Shown: positions 14,481 to 29,191, counted from the first letter of the stretch. The stretch: 64,000 nucleotides of DNA from Zancudomyces culisetae HAW-14-8 (GCA_052426225.1 JBNJNM010000006.1:248001-312000); one strand, 5' to 3'. The notes: generated from the sequence alone by a model not told the origin. Translations and numbers: made by a program.

Positions 14481-16381
14481 ACCCGATTGGTGCCTTTTGT
14501 CTTTGTGGATCATTCCTGTCCCTTCTCATATATCTCTTATCTACAAAACCAATAGATACTTTTGTTTATTTATTCTTTGTTTATTTCCATAGCCTTTACT
14601 TGTGAGGCTGTTTTTAGAATTTATCCTGGTTATTTATAAGTTTGGTTGACTTTCGGCATTTAAACGCTCAATTACTAATCGAGATGCGCGATTTTTCTCT
14701 AGTTTTATTTTTCCTTTACCAGTTTTAGCTTCCAAATATACAGAAAAAATATCAGTATTATCAAATGAACACTATAGCCAGAGTAAAATTGATTTTTCAA
14801 AGAGCTTACTTATTGCCTCAGCTTCCTTCCTTACTAACCAATCGCACAAATTAAAAAGAGAAACACAAGTTATATTCCTGTGATTATTTTTATCCATTTA
14901 ACAGAAATGTATTGCGTAAAAGCTGGCTTTTTGCTGTTTCAAAAAGACTTTATTTTAGCTTCCCTTTAGATACAAAGCGCAAAAATGTTTTTGGCTAAGC
15001 GCCTTAAAAATAGAACTACTATGAACAGAGGGTTTATATAACTTTATAAAGTGGAATACCGGTTACCTGAGATATGCTGTGTAATTACAATGCATGCCGG
15101 AAATGACAGCGCTATCTCTCTCGATGTTACGAATCCTAATTTTCTATGGGTAACCTTGTTTTTGTTTTGCATTTGTTTGTTCTATTATGATGTATATCAG
15201 AGCAAGCTCTAACATGAAACATTTTATTAACCTCGATATACTTAAAATCGATCTTCAATCTAAATAGCATGTAATCGGCTGTGCCTCAATGTGTATACAT
15301 TGCTATTCTAAAGGGATGGAGATTGTCACTTTGCGAAGAAAGTTCAATGTTGAGGTAAGTATCATTTCCATTTACTTTTTCTTTCTTGCACTGAAGCGAG
15401 CAGTGGTAGGAGTTGGTATTTCATTAGTTTTTGTTCTTTTTTTTTGAAAAGTACTAGGGCTTGTTTTGTCAAAGAAGTTGGGTACAGATATATAACCTCA
15501 AAAAGAGAAAAAGAAAAGAAAAGAAAAGAAAAGAAAAGAAAGGGTAGTGAGGTGGCAAATGTGTACGAATAGACTCGCTATACATAAATATTAAATAACA
15601 TATACTTATACTTATAATTGTGTGAACATAGTATCCTGATATGGGTGATGGCCGATTCTCAAAGCGGTTGAAACGAAAAGAATGGATAGAACTTAAAAAT
15701 GCAATCAACTTACATTACTTCTATTGTGAACAACTGAATTACGCCATATTTGCGTGTTTACTTGGAGGTCTTCTGTTCCCACACAACACTTCAAATTTGG
15801 TGTTTTTCTATATGTTTAGCTTCGAAGTATACAATGTTGGAATGAAAAGGAAAAATCCTAGATTAATGTCATTGGGGAGATATATGTCAAAGGTTTTCTT
15901 GTTTCTAATGATTACTGTGTTTGTCCTTGGATTTATTTATTCCTTTTATCTCTGAGGATGTTGAACTTTATTAGACTTGCTACATCCCTACTTCCCCTCC
16001 TCCTCCCTAGTGCTTGTAATGGATTTAGTTATTTCAACAATGATGATAAAATATAATATTTATTTTTTAAAAAAAAAAACAAAAATCAATAATAGTAATA
16101 GCAGTATATTAATAAACCCCTCTGGCGTTTTTCCTAGTTCATTGGAAACAAGTTACACTAGAGATAGCATGATTCTCACAAACATCCATATGCGGATATA
16201 TAAGTGGGTATAGCGATAAATGAAACAAGCACATTTTTATTAAAAACAATGAGTTTACGCGTTACCACCATGATCATCTTAGCATGTACAGTAGTTATTA
16301 TAAATAATGTGGAACTTTTAGCAAGTCGGTATTTCTTTTTCTCTGGACATGGCTCCTAGATTCCGATCACTCTTCGCCTGG

Positions 16382-16972
16382 TTAAGAAGCCAGACCTACG
16401 TTGAACGATGTGAGTGTTGCTTCAGAATAATTTGTTGGGCGCTCATACCCACGCTTTCTTTGCTTTGTTGAGAGCTTCTTTACTAAGCTTCTGGGAACAA
16501 AGCCCAATTGCTTGAACTTCAACACGTCGTTGGTTTCCATAGCCATGTCCTCCAGTGCTGACTTTTCACTGCAAGTGTTTGTATCTATGTATCCAACAAA
16601 CACTCTGCTATTTACTTTGCTAACAATGTTTATTTTGTCTCCCTTTTTGAATGGAAGCGGTGGATACAGATGGCTGACACCTATTTCCTTCAATTCTTGC
16701 ACCATATCGATATTATCTGCCATAGCTCGTACAGAGTAAAGGTGGTTGTATACTGCTTGCCCATCTTGAATAATACTGTCAAATCCATATTCAGACGTTA
16801 TACTTAGTGGGCGTCTCTGGCCGGTTTCTTTCAACCGCAATGTTGTGGGAGTCTCTATTGTGCTAGTCGGACCAACCCCTTGATTATCGTCGTCATGGTT
16901 GTATAGCTCGTAGCTGCCTTCTGGCTCGACTTTTTTAGAGAATAATCCGTTGATAAACTTGACGCAAAACAT
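16382..16972 (-). CDS. Hypothetical protein with a divergent SH3-like domain
   Basis: VRAMADN...LPFKKGDKINIVSK...VGY...LGFVPRSLVKKL resembles the SH3 consensus. Confidence 0.55.
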   Translation of the reverse strand: MFCVKFINGLFSKKVEPEGSYELYNHDDDNQGVGPTSTIETPTTLRLKETGQRRPLSITSEYGFDSIIQDGQAVYNHLYSVRAMADNIDMVQELKEIGVSHLYPPLPFKKGDKINIVSKVNSRVFVGYIDTNTCSEKSALEDMAMETNDVLKFKQLGFVPRSLVKKLSTKQRKRGYERPTNYSEATLTSFNVGLAS

Positions 16973-19357
16973 TCTCTCATACAGTAACTTTGTATCTTTT
17001 TAGCTTTATTTTGTTAAGTCTTGTGTATATGCAGAAAAAAAACAATTGAATAATGTTATAATTATGCTATAAATTTTGCGAAAAAACAAAAACAAAAACA
17101 GTGCAAATGCTTGCTATATATGCTAATATATGTCCACTTTAAAATTGTGAGTTGTATATATTCATGGCTCTTTTTTCTTTTACTCCGTCGTACCGCTTTT
17201 TATTTTCTATAGAACAAGCCAAGCAATGCTAGAAATACCTGCACCAAGGGATGCCATACTTCCTCAGATATCAATACAAATTGTTGACCATTTGGGCCCT
17301 TTTTTACATATTATAAAAAATAGCTATGCTATCAACCTAAACCACCTATCAGCTCCAGAGGTTTTAAAATTCTGTTCTTAATATAAGTGGAATTTTTTAA
17401 TAATTAAGTAATTTGCAAGAAATAATAATAGAAAACACGTAATGTGATGGAATTATGGAATTATGGAATTGTTGTACAAGATGCTAGTGATATTGATAGA
17501 ATAGCGCTATAAATAATATTAATTTCCTTGTGTTTTAGGTATTGCTAAAAATAAACAAAATAGAAAAACAGTGTCAGATAACACTTTTAAACAATTTAGC
17601 GAATATTCAAGGTATATAGATAAACATAAGAGTTTTACTGTCATTCTTCCTAGACTGTAATGCTGACGTACCAAAAGCTTACCAAATCAATCCACCTATA
17701 TACCACAACGTAAGGCGTGTTTTACTCCGAGGTGTGATTGGAACCTCATATTTAAAACACGATATTTTTGTAAAACTTTCTATTTTTTCCCAAGACTAGA
17801 TAATGAACAAAAAGTACGGCTAAATACAAACTATTTTTCAGATCTATATATAGAAGCAAATATCCAAAATACCTAGTACCTCTCAACATTGAATGGATTG
17901 CAAATAAGATTACAATCCTAATTTACACAAAAATATTTATTATTAGAACCACAACACTTTTACTTGTACATACTATTGGGCATCATATAATAAACAAAAA
18001 CCTATGTCGATTCCCATCATTTCTATTCTATCCTTTATCATGTGAATGTGGAATTAAAATGAGAGCAGGTCAAGATGTATAACTGCAGACTATGGTACTT
18101 TTTAATGTTGTATTCATTTTATATGGAGTGTTATAGTTTTTTGGTGGTTCAAAATCTTTTTTTATAACCCAACAATTGCCTTATGTAAATATTGGGTTAT
18201 TCAACCTACAGTGAAGAGTGGAAATACAACACTGAAAGACGGAGTTAAAAAAAAATTATTTCGTATTTGAGAAAAAAACCGAGTAGTCGTGGTAGCATTT
18301 TGCTGACGTCATATTAATGTTTTTGAAGAAGGACTATATGAATAGCATACAAGTTTCGAAAAGTTAATTCATTGAAGGGAGGACGAGTAGATACGTGGAT
18401 TGATAGCACAACCTTTAACGCGATATATGTTAATGTGATTCAGGAGTGGATTGCATTACTCGATTTTATTTAAAGTGAAAATGGTGAAATTTTGGTTATT
18501 TACGTGGTAAATGGGACAGGGAATTATTATTATTATTATTTTGGTAGATTTAGTGGGTGTAACAGGGATTGTTTTATCTACTAATAGCAGCGTTATATTT
18601 ATAATATTCCCTGCTATATGAGAATACCTCGATAAGGACTATTTGGGCAAAGATAGTGTGGCCAAGTACAAACATAAATAAATAGGTGTTAAAAATAATG
18701 AATCTGTATAGTATTCTCTTACCGTGGTACTAGTAATTAAAAACTGAAGTATCGCATCAATTATGAAGAGTAGAATGAGTAATGTAATAAATTTTAAACC
18801 CAATATACTCACAAGCTGCTTTTTGTCTTTTTAGCTTTTTCGAAACTTATCAACTCACATATGTTTTATCCACCATACGTTGTTTTAGAAAGGTCGTATT
18901 GCTGCGAGACCGCTGGTCAAAAAATGGGTGTAAAGGTACAGACTTTGTAACTAATCTGGAGTGTAATGTTTCTCTGGTGTTTTGATTGCAATATGAATTG
19001 AGTATATGCACAAGTAAACAAATGGCATGTGATTTTTTCATTAATGATACCCTACGATGTACTCCTCATGCTGAGATATACCACCCCCCCCCCCCCACTC
19101 TTCCTCTCTGATAAGATGAAAGGCTGCGTATATCTATTTCGATTAATAGTAGCTGGGAAAAAATTACTATCAAAGAAAGTGTTATTTTTTAATCTATAAG
19201 TACACCACTTTTAAACACATCCTAATTTGTTTTATGTACAAACCACAGCCACCCTAAAAAAAGAACTATTATAAAAGGAACCCAACCACTGTAAACTTAT
19301 TTGTGACAGTTTTTCAAATATAAAAAAAGCATATTTAAAACTCTTTAAACAGACAAA

Positions 19358-22300
19358 ATGTCTCAGGGCCTTTCACAGGTGACTGCAAATATTTTGCAGA
19401 TTGATGATATAAAGTATAGATATACCCATGCTATACATGACAATATTATTTATGGGCTAGGCCATAACAATACAGATATTTATCGAGGGTACAAGTACAA
19501 AAAAAATCCGTATACTGAACTTGCAAATATGGATACAGGCTTATTCCGTAAACAAAATCCAGTAAAAACAAGCGAAATTCGTTTTTTGGCCAACATAGAT
19601 AGTCAGAATACCTTGAATGTTCAGCAAAGAGAGAGAAATCGATGTATTGACTCGATAATTAGAAAGATTGATGGTGGTATAAAAAAGACTGACGTTTATA
19701 CTTCAGAAATAACAGAGGCGCCTAGTCCCAGTGAAGCTGATATAACCTATAACACCGGAAAAGGTAAATTAAAACGTAATATTCGTAACCGTTAGTTACC
19801 CACCAGATATTTTGTGCTTTGTGCTAGGTACTTCGTACTTGTGTATAGCGTTGTTTTATTTAACAATTTATAATTTTGCTACGTTTCACCTCACCTCCCC
19901 CACCTTTCGTTAAAAATGAATACAACTTTCTATGTATACTATAGCATCTAGACTCAAACTCCGGGATGACAACATGGTAAGTTGAATTATAACCGTACAT
20001 AAAGCTCGATTTTTTCTAGCCATTCGTCAATTTATTTATTTTTTTGAATTATACTCCACTTTGCCATTTTTTGCTAATTTTAAAAGCGATCATGTCTAGT
20101 TAAAAAATCGTGAGATTTTTGGAGAAAGAGGGAAAGCGTGGCAATTTATAATAGTAGAACTAACTCAATGTTGGTATTCCCGTAGGTCAGCGGGAAGAGC
20201 AGCAACTCCCAACGCAAGGATAAAAAGCACAGGATGAGCCCAGGCGTACTGGTTGATAAAAAACCTTCTTTTGAAGATAAAGAAGAAAAAAGTTCCAACT
20301 TAATTGATATTGGACATAGTAGTATAAAGAGGCCATCGCCAGCTTTTTCTCGAAAAGATATTTCAGTACGAGATAGAAAAACTGGACTAAAAAGTATTCG
20401 AGTAACACCTTCTGAAAACAAGCCCGAGTCGATCCCGCGCAGTTACTTGCAAAAAAGGACGGTGGATGCAAGCAAAGATATAAAAAAGCTTTCTTGTGGA
20501 AATAAACATAGCGAGAAAAAGGTGAAACGTTTCATTGAGAAGGTAACACCAACAAGTTCTTATGAAATCAACGAGAACAAGGTTCAAGACGGCAGTATTG
20601 GTAAGTAAAGCATGTATGTATATGTTATTCATTTTATATTATATTCCGTTTTGTTCTGGATATCCGTGAAGGCTTGTAAAATAGTGACCCAAACCTCTAT
20701 ATTTAAGACTGGCTTTTGTTTGTGCATTACTTTTTCCTAGCACAAACAAAAGGTGTGAAAGGGAAGAAAAGGGTGGGTAAAAATACGGTGAGAAAAAAGA
20801 CGGAAAAGATAGCGGAAAAAAATGAGGAAAATATGCTGTAGTGGTGATACAAACCACCAATATTCGTTTATAATCAGTGACTATAGTGAAAACTAATGCG
20901 TATGATGTGACATCTATAGAAAACGAATTGACGTTCAAGCTAATAGATTTTGATACAGATAAAGGAGAAAGTACTCAAGAAGAAATTGATGATTTCACTG
21001 ATTCGCCACGAGTATTGAGTAAAAAGTTAGGCAAACCTGTTAAAACCAGCGGGTCACCTACGGCTGCAAAAAAAATGAGGCCTACTTCCCTTGATGGGCA
21101 TGGCCAAAACACATCAAAAAACCTGCTGAAAAAATCTGCTGAATATACTGATGAACAAAATCCGAAAGAGGAGGTGAAGAAACGAGAGAATTTTGAACCA
21201 CCTTCCAAAAAAAAGGGCATCACAAGTGCAGATCTTGAGGTGCTATTTGGAAAAGAGGAAGATGCGTATGGTGGTGTTAGGGCATTTTTAAAAAATGTGG
21301 GAAAAGGTAATAACAAGAAAAGCGATACAAAAGATGCAAATGGTGATCAAAGTGACAGCGATGTAAAAAACAGACATAGCTTTGAGGAAAAATATGTGTT
21401 TGGAAACTTTAACTATGAGGAGGATGATGTACGGTGTCATGGAGTAATTAATGATAAGGATGTTTCGGGAGAAAAGAATGCAAAAATAAGTGAATTTATA
21501 AAATATCTTAAGGGTACACTTTCCAAGCAGCTAGAAAACTTGGTACATGACCATGGAGATAATCGAAGAGAAAAAAATGTAGATAGACTTAGAGGGTTAT
21601 CAAGGGAAGACAGGAAAAAATTAATAAAATTAGAGAAAAAGATCAAACAGGTAAGAAAATTGGAAAGAAGAATTGGAGCGGATCTTTGGGGCAGGTTTGA
21701 GGAGATTTCTGATACAGATTTGGAAATAAGTGAAAACGAAAGTAAAACGGATTGCAGTGTGGATAAGGCCTGTTGCAATGGCGACAATACCCTAGAAAAA
21801 AAAAGAAGCCAGACTGTATCTAGGGATAAGAACGTAGGTAACATGGAAGATGAAAAGCTCGATGATGAATCGAAAACCACAAAAAATAATACTTTGATAC
21901 CACATGTACAGATGTCTACACTTATGGTGGTTACGGAAAAGAAAAACATTGGGAATATGCACCTGCGAATTGGCGATTACAAGAGTGCCATATTGTCGTA
22001 TACACAGGCAATAGAACTATTGATAGATATCCCTACACATCCATACTTGGCGGTGCTATATAATAATAGGGCATACTCGCTTTCAAAGATAAGAAAGTAC
22101 CAGAGGGCGATTTATGATTTAAGTAGCGCGTTAGCAATTTTTCCGTTGTATTTAAAACAAAAGACGGTAGTAATAGGCCAAATGGATGGGGTTGCGAAGG
22201 AAAACGTAAGAAGGAAAAAAATAGTTCGAAAAAATGTGAACAATTTGGGGTGTTCTATCACAATAAATATTGAATTACAGTACTTAAAAGCGCTTTTACG

Positions 22301-23732
22301 AAGGGGGATTTTGTTTGAAAGAATGGATATATGCTCAGAGGCAATAAAAGATTATAGGGAGATATTAGCAAAAACATCTGAAGAAAACTTTATCTCAAAG
22401 GCGGCATCGGGAATTAGTAGATGCAAGTTAAAGTTGGATCGATCGTTAAGCGAGCTTATTATCACTGATAAAAATCAAGATACTAACACATATCCACGCT
22501 TCGATAATAGTGGTGAAAAACCTAGACAAATGAATATTAATGGTGCTGCAGAAGACAGAAACAGTCATATCGTGGTTATAAATGGTGATACTCCAAGTCC
22601 AAGAGGCAAAAGCAACCACGAGAATATGCTTTATGAAAGATATACAAACATTAATCCAAATACACCGTACGGATATGTACATGGAAAAACGCAATCTCGT
22701 GCAACATTGGTACCACCCCGCCCGCCTGCATTAATGCCATTCACCATACCACTACTACCACATTCGCCATCACATAACCATCCTCCGCTCATACCCCTAC
22801 CGCCACCCCATCTTCCAATGCACCCCCATTCATACCACCTTAACAGAATGTCGAGAAGTAAATCTCATATGATGAAAAGGGCCACGCTAGATGTTAGTGG
22901 TGATCTTATTGAGAAGGAGGAACGCGACATCTACAAAACACAAAGATCTACTAGGTATAAGGATGTGGATGCGGATGTGGATGTAGATAACGTGGCATTA
23001 CCGGCATCGAGAAAAGAAAAGCTCAAATCTAGTCCAACAAAACATGAAAGATATAGTAAATACAAAAGCTATGATAATACACACGCATACAGTGTGGATA
23101 GTAAACACACCAAAAGTGTAGGTGGTGATGATGTAGGACGTGCCGAAAAAAAAAGTTCCAAAACACTTGAGAAGCCCAGAAAAAAACACAGGGAGCAAAA
23201 CATGGTATTGGGTGCTGACCGTGACACCGAAAATTGTAATAACGGCGAGGATGAAGGCAATGATGAGAATAACAAGCGCGTTATCTCGAGCACACGCTCA
23301 AACACAGGTAAAATATCTCACGTAGTTGAAGAAAAAGCTAAAAATAAACAACAGCGACCAAGAAGAGAAAGTATGGCGTATAAAGATAAAGGTAGTACAG
23401 GTATTTCAAATAAACATGATGTCAGTGAGCTTAGAAAGATGTCGTTGGTAAAAATCAATACATGGAAGCGTGGGAAGGAGAAGGATCTAATTGCTCTGAT
23501 CAATACACTTCACACAGTATATCCCTCAACAATCAAACCTTACAATATCGAAAAGTCTCAAACACCACCTGCTGAGGTCAAAAGAATATATTATAAAATC
23601 AGGGAGCGAATTAATGCAAGGTTCAACCTAAACTCGCTCAATGAAGATAGCGAGTTTATAGTATTGATACCGGGAATACTAATTACACTGAACTCTGCGT
23701 GGGAGGAGTTTAGAAAACCCCACAAGTTGTGA
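19358..23732 (+). CDS. Auxilin/Swa2-like protein (TPR repeats + degenerate C-terminal J-domain), multi-exon; 5' exons tentative
   Basis: TPR motifs (GNMHLRIGDYKSAILSYTQAI; LYNNRA; KALLRRG). C-terminus WKRGKEKDLIALINTLHTV...VKRIYYK...TLNSAWEEF matches the auxilin J region. Confidence 0.7.
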
Positions 23733-24019
23733 GTACAAGTTTTTTTCATTTTCCATTTGATGTTTCTTTTGTAGGCTGTGCTTGTAGTTGTTTATAGTAC
23801 CTTAATTATGTAAATATAAACTTTTCCGTTTTTTGTTTTTTAATATATATTTTTGTATTTTATTTTATTTTATTTTTTTGAAGAAAGCAGAAATCCGATT
23901 AAGTGTACTTTTTGAGTTTCAGAATTGAAAAGCACTGCTGAAACTAAACAGCGTTTTAATTATTATCTTGCTAGATATACAACTAAAGAAAACCCGATAT
24001 ACTTTATATTGCAAATACA

Positions 24020-24755
24020 ATGAGTTTCCGAGGAGAAGAATTTGTCGAACCACCGGAAATGTTCGGTATTGTCGAGGACGGAGTATATAGGTGCAACGCA
24101 GGACTAACAACCGCACAAGTAGAGTACTTGGAGAGATTCAATTTGAAGACCATGTTATTTTTGTCTTTAGAAAACCCCTCAAAGGCTTTACAGCGATTCA
24201 TCGATAAAAACAATATGGATCAGATTAATTTGGGATTAAAAGTCTGGCAGCCGGATCTAGACTGGAAACCAGTGAGCGAGGAATTAGTAAAAGAGGCTAT
24301 TGAAATAATTTTAAATTCAGAAAACCATCCCATTCTCCTAGTTTGTAGGTAACGTAATTTAGAGGAATCTACTCCAGCATACGGACACTTAATAGTACAA
24401 ATAATTAAAATCTACCATAAATTATACGTTATCAGCTCGGGAGCACGGGAAAGCAGTGTTGTGATAGGATGTCTAAGAAAGTTGCAGACATGGAATTTTA
24501 ATTCCATCATATACGAGGTAACAGGAAACAGATAAACTGGGCAGCCATGTGGTTGCGGTCGTAGGAATAGGAAATAGGACTAAAGAATTTATTTAATAAT
24601 TAATATAATAGTACCGAAGGTATGCCATGACAAAGAGGCGATACGTGATAGAACTGTTTATAGAGCTATTTGACACGGACTTGATCAGCATCCCACAAAA
24701 GCTACCGGAATGGTTTGTGATCCAACCCGAGGCAATAGTAAGTGCAAGAGTCTGA
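24020..24755 (+). CDS. Siw14/Oca family PTP-like protein, Oca4-like (exons 24020-24348, 24436-24517, 24612-24755)
   Basis: PPEMFGIVEDGVYRC, HPILLVCSSG, IGCLRKLQTWNFNSIIYEYRRY, ELFIELFD after splicing. Confidence 0.85.
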
Positions 24756-24886
24756 ACGTATGGAAACCCTGTAATTAAGTAAAAGCCCGAATATTAGAGT
24801 AAAAAATAATTGCAAATAGGGAAAAAATTATCAATGGACCGAACGAAACTTGTTAGTGTATAGCGAGGCGGAGAGTCAAGATAAAA

Positions 24887-26380
24887 CTACATTATAATTT
24901 CGTTGTGTATATCAGAAGAAATGTGTTTATGGGGAAGAACGATTGAGTTTCTGACAAAGGCCTCGTCAGAAACGGTGATGTCCTGGCCAAGAATACAGAT
25001 ACTGTCGATCTTGACACCGCTAGAAGTAACCTGGTCGGTTTTCTCATCACCATTGTCAGGGTTTCCTTCGACACGAGACCAGCGGCCGATTTTTCCGCCC
25101 CAGCCAACAATGGCGTTGATGATAGCGGCGTTGTCCTTGATAATGACGTTGTCAAGGATGATAGCATCTTTGATTCTTACGCCAGCACCAATATGGGATT
25201 TGGCATGGATAGAAACGTTTGGTCCTATTTTTGCGGAAGGGTCAACAACAGCTGAAGGATGGATGTAAACAGCACCAACAATCTCAGGACCTCCTTCTTT
25301 CCCCTCAGCACAATATCCAGGGATTTCCTGTTTTGCACTGTTTAGGTATAAACCGTTTGCTGGCACTGCAGATGCAGCGGTCTTTATTTGCCTCCAGAAA
25401 TCTTGAGTAATGTAGAGCCCCAGTTTTTTATTTGATGCCAAATTGGGCAGAACGTCGCTTTCAAGCATCAGCGAGTCTTGAGTTCGGTCAAAATCATCGT
25501 GGAATGCCTTCTTTGGTAGCTTTTCGAGCTCGTCCGCTCTGGCTGCAAGGATTTTGTCAATGTGGTCAAAGATTTCATTGGTGAAAATATATACACCTGT
25601 GGAAGCCAAGTCTGATATATAGGTCTCTGGCTTATCAACATAATGAAGTGCCATTTTCTTTTCCTCATCTGGAACTACACACCCATACCTTTTTGCCAAG
25701 TCTCGCGATATCTATACAATTTGATTGATTAAGTTTGTTTATCCATTTCTTGTAATTAATAAAGTAAGTAGTAATTCTGCCACCATAAGGTGTTATTAAT
25801 GGTCTGTATTTACCTTCTTGACCATTATGGTACCAATTGCCTCTCCACTTTCGTGTCTCTCCAACAACTCGCGGAGCGGGAATGAGGAGCAAATATCAGT
25901 GTACAATAGGAATATATTTTTTGGCTTTCCCGCCTTGATTTGGTCTCTAAAGTGGAATAGTCCACCAGCTGTGCCTAGAACTGAGTACTCTCTCAAGTAG
26001 CTATAAAGTGGTGCATTTTATATGTTAGTTTACTGCTAGATGTTGAAAGTAATAATATTATATATCAAAGGGAAAAAAAAGTAAAAGAATTAGCACTATT
26101 CTGCAATAATTTAAATTTAGATGTAAATTGAGATTTACCTAAAGCGAATGTGTGGAAATTCCTCCGAACACTGATCGAGAAACTTGCTAAAAACATGAGT
26201 TTCGAATAATCCAAGCAAGATTATCTCTTTCATATCAGGCACCTGTGATAGAGCCTTGATCTGATGCCACAAGATTGGCTTTCCTCCTACAGGAAATAGG
26301 GGCTGAGGGAGATTCATACTCAAAGGTCGGAATCTCGTGGCTCTTGAGGGTCCTCCTACCAGAATAACTGCTTTGTTCAT
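24887..26380 (-). CDS. GMPPA: Mannose-1-phosphate guanylyltransferase alpha-type subunit, 3 exons
   Basis: KAVILVGGPSRATRFRPLS, LGTAGGLFHFRDQI, FWRQIKTAASA and a hexapeptide beta-helix C-terminus. Confidence 0.9.
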
Positions 26381-27626
26381 TTTTGTTTAGTTTTGTCGTA
26401 GATGTAATCGAGATTTATTTTTTTTGTTTAGCTTTTTTATTTCTACTTTTAAAAACATAACAATTTCCTTTCCATCTATTTATATCCATGAAATTGTACG
26501 TGTTGGCTGACTTTTCCGAAAATTGAATTTTTTCTGTTTGAATTGCCAGGTCAGATTTTTTGGCTTTTTAATTTTTCTTTTATTACTTGATATACAAATA
26601 TTTATTGCTATATTACGCAGTCGGTAATTATTTAATTCAAAATTAAAGCAAATAAAACCCTGGTAATTATGTCCTTTATTGTTTATTAGCAACACATAAA
26701 ATGGTTATTACGTTATTACAATACCCACCACAACCTCTCCCTCCTCCACATCACACTTCCAAGAATCAAAAATTGTAAAGAAAATCCTCAATTTACGAGC
26801 AGGTGGGGGGTTTGTGTCATTTATCTCCTCCCCTTCCAAAGACTACTCCACCTCATTCTCTTTGACATCACCCCTCTCGCTCCTTCAATTATATCATCGG
26901 GATAATGTGGGCGGGGTTGAAAATAACTGCGTTCTTTGGTACTGCCTGGGCTAATTTTGTACACTTTGATAAAGCAGGAACGTGTACAAACATAAGCACA
27001 ATCTTGGATATATTCTTGATGTGTGTTTGCGCGCGCCATTTTAACTATTTCCCAAAATGGGCCCGAACATAAAGTACATGTATCATTACCCAGATACTCA
27101 GGTATAACCTTCTACCTCCCTCTCCCTCTCTCCCTCTCTCTCTCCCGACTTCATAACCTGAATGCACTATACCCAACAACATCTGGTCTCCTTTACCTTG
27201 TACAGCGTTTTCTTCTTTTTTTCCACCCAAAAGCTTGATGTTGTGGTTTGGATACTGTACCAGCTACTTTTACCATTTACATCGAGAATAAATATTCAGT
27301 TTTTCTTTTAACAGCTCTAACACCCACCAACCTGGCTACCTATTTTAAATTGGTTTTTGCTGAGCCACTAGAATTTGACCAGGACACTTTAACAAAGTCT
27401 TTTACCTAGTGTATAAAAGTAAGAAAAAAGCATAATTTTTGTGATCGCTAATGATTGGCATACATTAATAGTAGTGCGCTTGATCCTTTTTTTATTTTGC
27501 ACAAAATTTTGGATATACAAGTGAAAAAAAAAAGTTTTTCTTTATTAGAGTATAATTGAAAAGCAAATACGATTCTACAAACTACCTTAAACGACTGCAA
27601 AGATCTAGTACACATAAAAAGAGAAA

Positions 27627-29191
27627 ATGATTACACCGAAATTCAGTATAGATCAGGACGACGATAATTTGTATATAAAGATTTATGTGAAATTTATAAG
27701 GGTAAGTGCTACTCCTCATTTCTCTGGGAGAAATAAAACAATGCTGATATATTTATATCCAAATTCTTTGCTATCGAGCCTTAACAAACGGTACATATAT
27801 ATCTATATATCTGCATGTCTATACTTCTACAATAGGCTCAGGATTTGGAGTTTGATGTGCAAGATAATCAGTTCCGATTTTATGCAAATCCCTACTTTCT
27901 ACGATTAACATTCCCGGGTCAAGTCGTAGAAGATGAAAACAGTAAGGCTCACTTGGATTTATCAGGTGGTGTTATTGATGTTACGATAGCAAAGGTAGAA
28001 AAGGGGTTGCACTTTGAAGATTTGGATTTACTGTCAAAGCTATTGGCTACAAAAAGCGAGCTATACGAAATGGAAAATCCAGGAAAATCAGTCCAAGAAG
28101 ACAGCGATTCCAAGCCCAAAAAGGGTATTTTGATTGAGGAACTTGGTGAAGAGTTGAAAAATATAAGTATTGAAGAGGATTTCGATGATGAAACCGAGGA
28201 GTCAGATTGGGAAATGCCACAAGAAATACCCCAGGACGAGATCTTGAATGCCAAGTACGGGTTCAACCGCCAATATAATGGCTATTTCACACATGTTCAC
28301 GAGACAGCAAACGAGATTCTCGAGGTTCCACAGGTAGAAAAAACAAGCAACTCTGAGCGTGTTGAGCTACAAAAACAAAGCGAGGACGCTGCGTTTGATG
28401 AAGATTATTACATGGAAAACTTTGTTAATGAGCAGGAGATTCAAAGTATTCTGGAGTTTATACCCAAAAGTGTACATACTAGTCGGTTATTGATTGAAAA
28501 TGAAAAAATGAAAAAAGGCCAAGACTCAAGTAAGCGCAAAGAAAAGATTGTGGAATTTACAGAACGCGAAAGGGATGTTATACTTTCGCTTCCAAGAAGA
28601 GACTATTTGATAGACAACAAGAGGGCAATTTATCTGGGATTGATTGATATTTTGTTTGGGTACTGTTATAACGAACGAGTTACGGAAAGCGAGCCAGATA
28701 ATGTGGAATCCGCATGGACAATTGGCAAGCTTACAGGAACATGCTCGTTTTTAAGAGAGTATGAAGATATATACCAGGTATTACAAAGCAACATAAGAAG
28801 GGCTCTGACGTACCCGCTATACCGCAACTGGAATTTGGCAATTAAGGCACTTGAAGATGTTACTGAAATATTACGCACCGGAAACAAAGTTTTGCTGACC
28901 AAAATCATGCTCGAAATCAAATATATATTTGATCATCACAGTAGTAACGAGTTGTATTGTATATACTCCAGAATATACTTTGACGATTACTGTGTTTGGA
29001 TTCAAAAATACAGTAGCTCAAAGACGTTGGTATCAATGGGTGAAAAGATAAAAACATATATTACAAAATTTGTTGATAAAAGTGAAATCACAGGGTGGCC
29101 ACTAGTGGAATATGAGGAATTGGCGTTACTAGAAGAATCCGAAGTCAGTGATAATGAAAATAGTGACGAGACTGAAAACTCTGAGCAATGA
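27627..29191 (+). CDS. SHQ1: H/ACA snoRNP assembly factor Shq1 (exons 27627-27701, 27836-29191)
   Basis: MITPKFSIDQDD, FYANPYFLRLTFPG (CS domain), YGFNRQY, NVESAWTIGKL, RRALTYPLYRNW, DDYCVWIQ. Confidence 0.95.

Noticed and set aside
26821-27238. Short ORFs or a possible ncRNA between GMPPA and SHQ1
   Set aside because: No recognisable protein or snRNA/snoRNA motif; includes a CT microsatellite.
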